DNA of 29,123 bases from Limisphaerales bacterium (GTDB lineage Bacteria > Verrucomicrobiota > Verrucomicrobiia > Limisphaerales > JAJOIW01): NCBI GenBank assembly GCA_965657355.1, contig CBFHOE010000008.1, positions 261,678 through 290,800 of the forward strand, written 5' to 3'. Each line of letters starts with the position of its first letter. Within the stretch, counting starts at the first letter, position 1. The notes under the pieces are model-generated. The model ran no database searches. It had not been told where the DNA came from and worked only from the letters and a program-made list of their open reading frames with translations. Shown here one piece after another: positions 27,287 through 29,123 of this stretch. The translations under genes were made by a program, and so were the position numbers.

Positions 27287-28042
27287 TTATGCGAGTTTGA
27301 GCTGTCTTTGCCTATATGCTTCGTCTGACCTGCCTGCGATTCTTTCTACCTCGGACTGAGGAAGAAAGACAGGCCCCCCCAAATGGGCTGCCCCTAAGAA
27401 TATTTTTGCAGCCTTATCTGCCATAAGGATTGTGGCCAAAACAGAGGCCCAGCTTTGACCTAGCCCGATAACTCCATGGTTTTTTAAACAAATCAAACGC
27501 GGAATATATCCACAATTTTGTACGAATTGATCAGTTGCTTTAGCTATCTCTCCTGCCAGAGGAAGCCCCGGATCGGCATAATCGACAAAAACTGATTGCT
27601 TACCGCAGCATACCACTTCGTCCGGGCAAGTTCGATAATCGGCAAAATCTTTTGCTTTTGGTGAGCATAATACCTGGTTACAGCTGACAGGGTGGCAATG
27701 ACCAACAAAATTCACTCCCTTCAAGTTTAGCAACCAGGCGTGAAACATTATTTCCAGGCTTGGCTTTTTGCTATCTTTAGATACCCGAGATTCCATCAAA
27801 GCTTTATTCAAATTTTCATCCGTCACATCAGGATCCTCCATTAAATTTAACACTTTATCGAATCTGCAGGCAGTAACGTCCTGGTCAGTGAGTGTCCTCA
27901 ATGAAGAACCACTGGCTTTAACTAAAAACTTTTCATCATCAAGCTTTGTCGAAGTATTTCCTTCGCCCAGGATGGCTAGCTGTCTCTTTTCCAGGCCCAG
28001 CTCATGAGATAATTCTAATAAATCTCTAGTTTTTTCATTCAT
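27287..28042 (-). CDS. Class II aldolase/adducin family protein (probable rhamnulose/fuculose-1-phosphate aldolase)
   Basis: GEGNTS, VKASG, KPSLE..FH, HCHP, NHG metal ligands; directly upstream of rhaB; likely start ATG 28042. Confidence 0.8.
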   Translation of the reverse strand: MNEKTRDLLELSHELGLEKRQLAILGEGNTSTKLDDEKFLVKASGSSLRTLTDQDVTACRFDKVLNLMEDPDVTDENLNKALMESRVSKDSKKPSLEIMFHAWLLNLKGVNFVGHCHPVSCNQVLCSPKAKDFADYRTCPDEVVCCGKQSVFVDYADPGLPLAGEIAKATDQFVQNCGYIPRLICLKNHGVIGLGQSWASVLATILMADKAAKIFLGAAHLGGPVFLPQSEVERIAGRSDEAYRQRQLKLA

Positions 28043-28141
28043 GGCTGATCTCATTTGAACCGCCCCATCCTGCCAAAACAAGCGAGATTTGCCTTTTTCT
28101 GGATATCTTCGAGCATTTCTTTAAAATTTTGTTTATTTGAG

Positions 28142-28170
28142 TTGACCTTTTTCTCTGCTTTAAATAAAAA
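28142..28170 (+). promoter_or_regulatory. Candidate sigma-70 promoter of tRNA-Asn
   Basis: TTGACC-N17-TAAAAA, 15 nt upstream of the tRNA. Confidence 0.45.
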
Positions 28171-28185
28171 AACAATCCATTTGAT

Positions 28186-28260
28186 TCCAGAGTAGCTCAA
28201 TGGTAGAGCGGGTGACTGTTAATCACTAGGTTGTAGGTTCGAGCCCTACCTCTGGAGCCA
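28186..28260 (+). tRNA. tRNA-Asn(GTT)
   Basis: TCCAGAGTAGCTCAATGGTAGAGCGGGTGACTGTTAATCACTAGGTTGTAGGTTCGAGCCCTACCTCTGGAGCCA; cloverleaf, GTT anticodon, CCA end. Confidence 0.97.
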
Positions 28261-28341
28261 ACATTCCAATATCCCCCTCAGTGGCTTTCCTATACCAATC
28301 CGTTCAAGGCCTTGAGAAACCCCACCATCCTATTTGAAAAT

Positions 28342-29013
28342 ATGGCTGAAAAGTATCTCACCAATGGCCGAAGCTTCTACATTTCTGCACGTGTAAAAGG
28401 GGGGAAGAAGTTCTTCCGATTAAGGTGGAGAGTAGACAAAACGAGCAAAGAAAAGCAGTTTCCAACCGCTGAGATGGCCAAACAATATGCGCGCGATCTG
28501 GCTAAGCGAATCCCCGCAGGTTCACTCGGTCTAGTTGGGAAAAATGCGCTTGAATACCAGACCATGCAGGAGGAAATTCCTGAAGGTTGGTCAATTTACG
28601 AGGTTTTCCAGCTGGGGATGAGAGAAGTCGAGAAAATCCAGGAAAAGGAGTTTATAGCTCCCCGCGATATAATGGAGGTCATCGAGGAATACATCGAACA
28701 AAAGACAGGCAGTAAAGAGTATGTCAGGGTTCTTAGGAATTATTTAAGGCAGTTCTCAAAAGCTTTCTCCTGCCCCATGAAAGAAGTCACACCTCAAGAC
28801 ATTCAATTATTCCTGAGAAATTATCCAAAAGCCAAGAAGACTATAAGTCAGATGTCCGATTATCTTCACTCATTCTTTAAATGGGCACAGGAAACAGGGA
28901 ACTACTCAAAGGTTGAATTGAAATGGTCAGTGGAAAAACCAGTAGCTAAAGAGGTTCAAATATACTCGATTGAGGAGGCGAAGGCGCGGTTTAAAAATTT
29001 TTTCTCAGATTAG
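28342..29013 (+). pseudogene. Tyrosine-recombinase-like N-terminal (arm/core-binding) fragment lacking a catalytic domain
   Basis: 81 nt after tRNA-Asn; FRLRWRV...KEKQF.T...A (arm-binding-like), IEEYIEQK...L..F....MKEVTPQDIQLFL.....KTI.....LHSFFKWA (SAM-like core-binding), then EVQIYSIEEA and a stop; no R-K-H-R-H-Y region. Confidence 0.6.
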
Positions 29014-29123
29014 ATTCCAAGGACAACTAAATCATAATCTGTTAATGAGGTAAGGAAACAGGACCCGAGGTGATGGTTCTGTAAAATTGATGAGCAGGTG
29101 TCAATACGGCATAGAAAATTATT

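Overview
Bacterial chromosomal window, moderately AT-rich. Gene style suggests a PVC-superphylum organism, probably Verrucomicrobiota (inference). It is mostly housekeeping and metabolic genes: ubiE/menG, yhbY-like, purH, uvrB, proS, moaC, panB, an FAH-family hydrolase, rhaB and a class II aldolase. It also carries two tRNAs (Val-GAC, Asn-GTT), a possible glycosylation trio (GT-C-like membrane protein, GT4, MsbA/PglK-like ABC exporter), phosphate genes (ppk2, Tat-exported phoX) and a type II glutamine synthetase with a sigma-54-type promoter. Five features stand out. (1) A 137-aa minimal protein-kinase-like gene is translationally coupled to a PP2C phosphatase, head-to-head with glnII. (2) A secreted protein with a 78-bp/26-aa His/Asp/Glu/Arg tandem repeat lies directly upstream of ppk2. 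(3) A HAD gene is coupled to a SET-domain gene whose product has a Lys-rich tail. (4) An S8 peptidase has a secretin/STN-like N-domain. (5) An integrase-like ORF lacking its catalytic domain follows tRNA-Asn. All calls come from reading motifs by eye; no searches were run.
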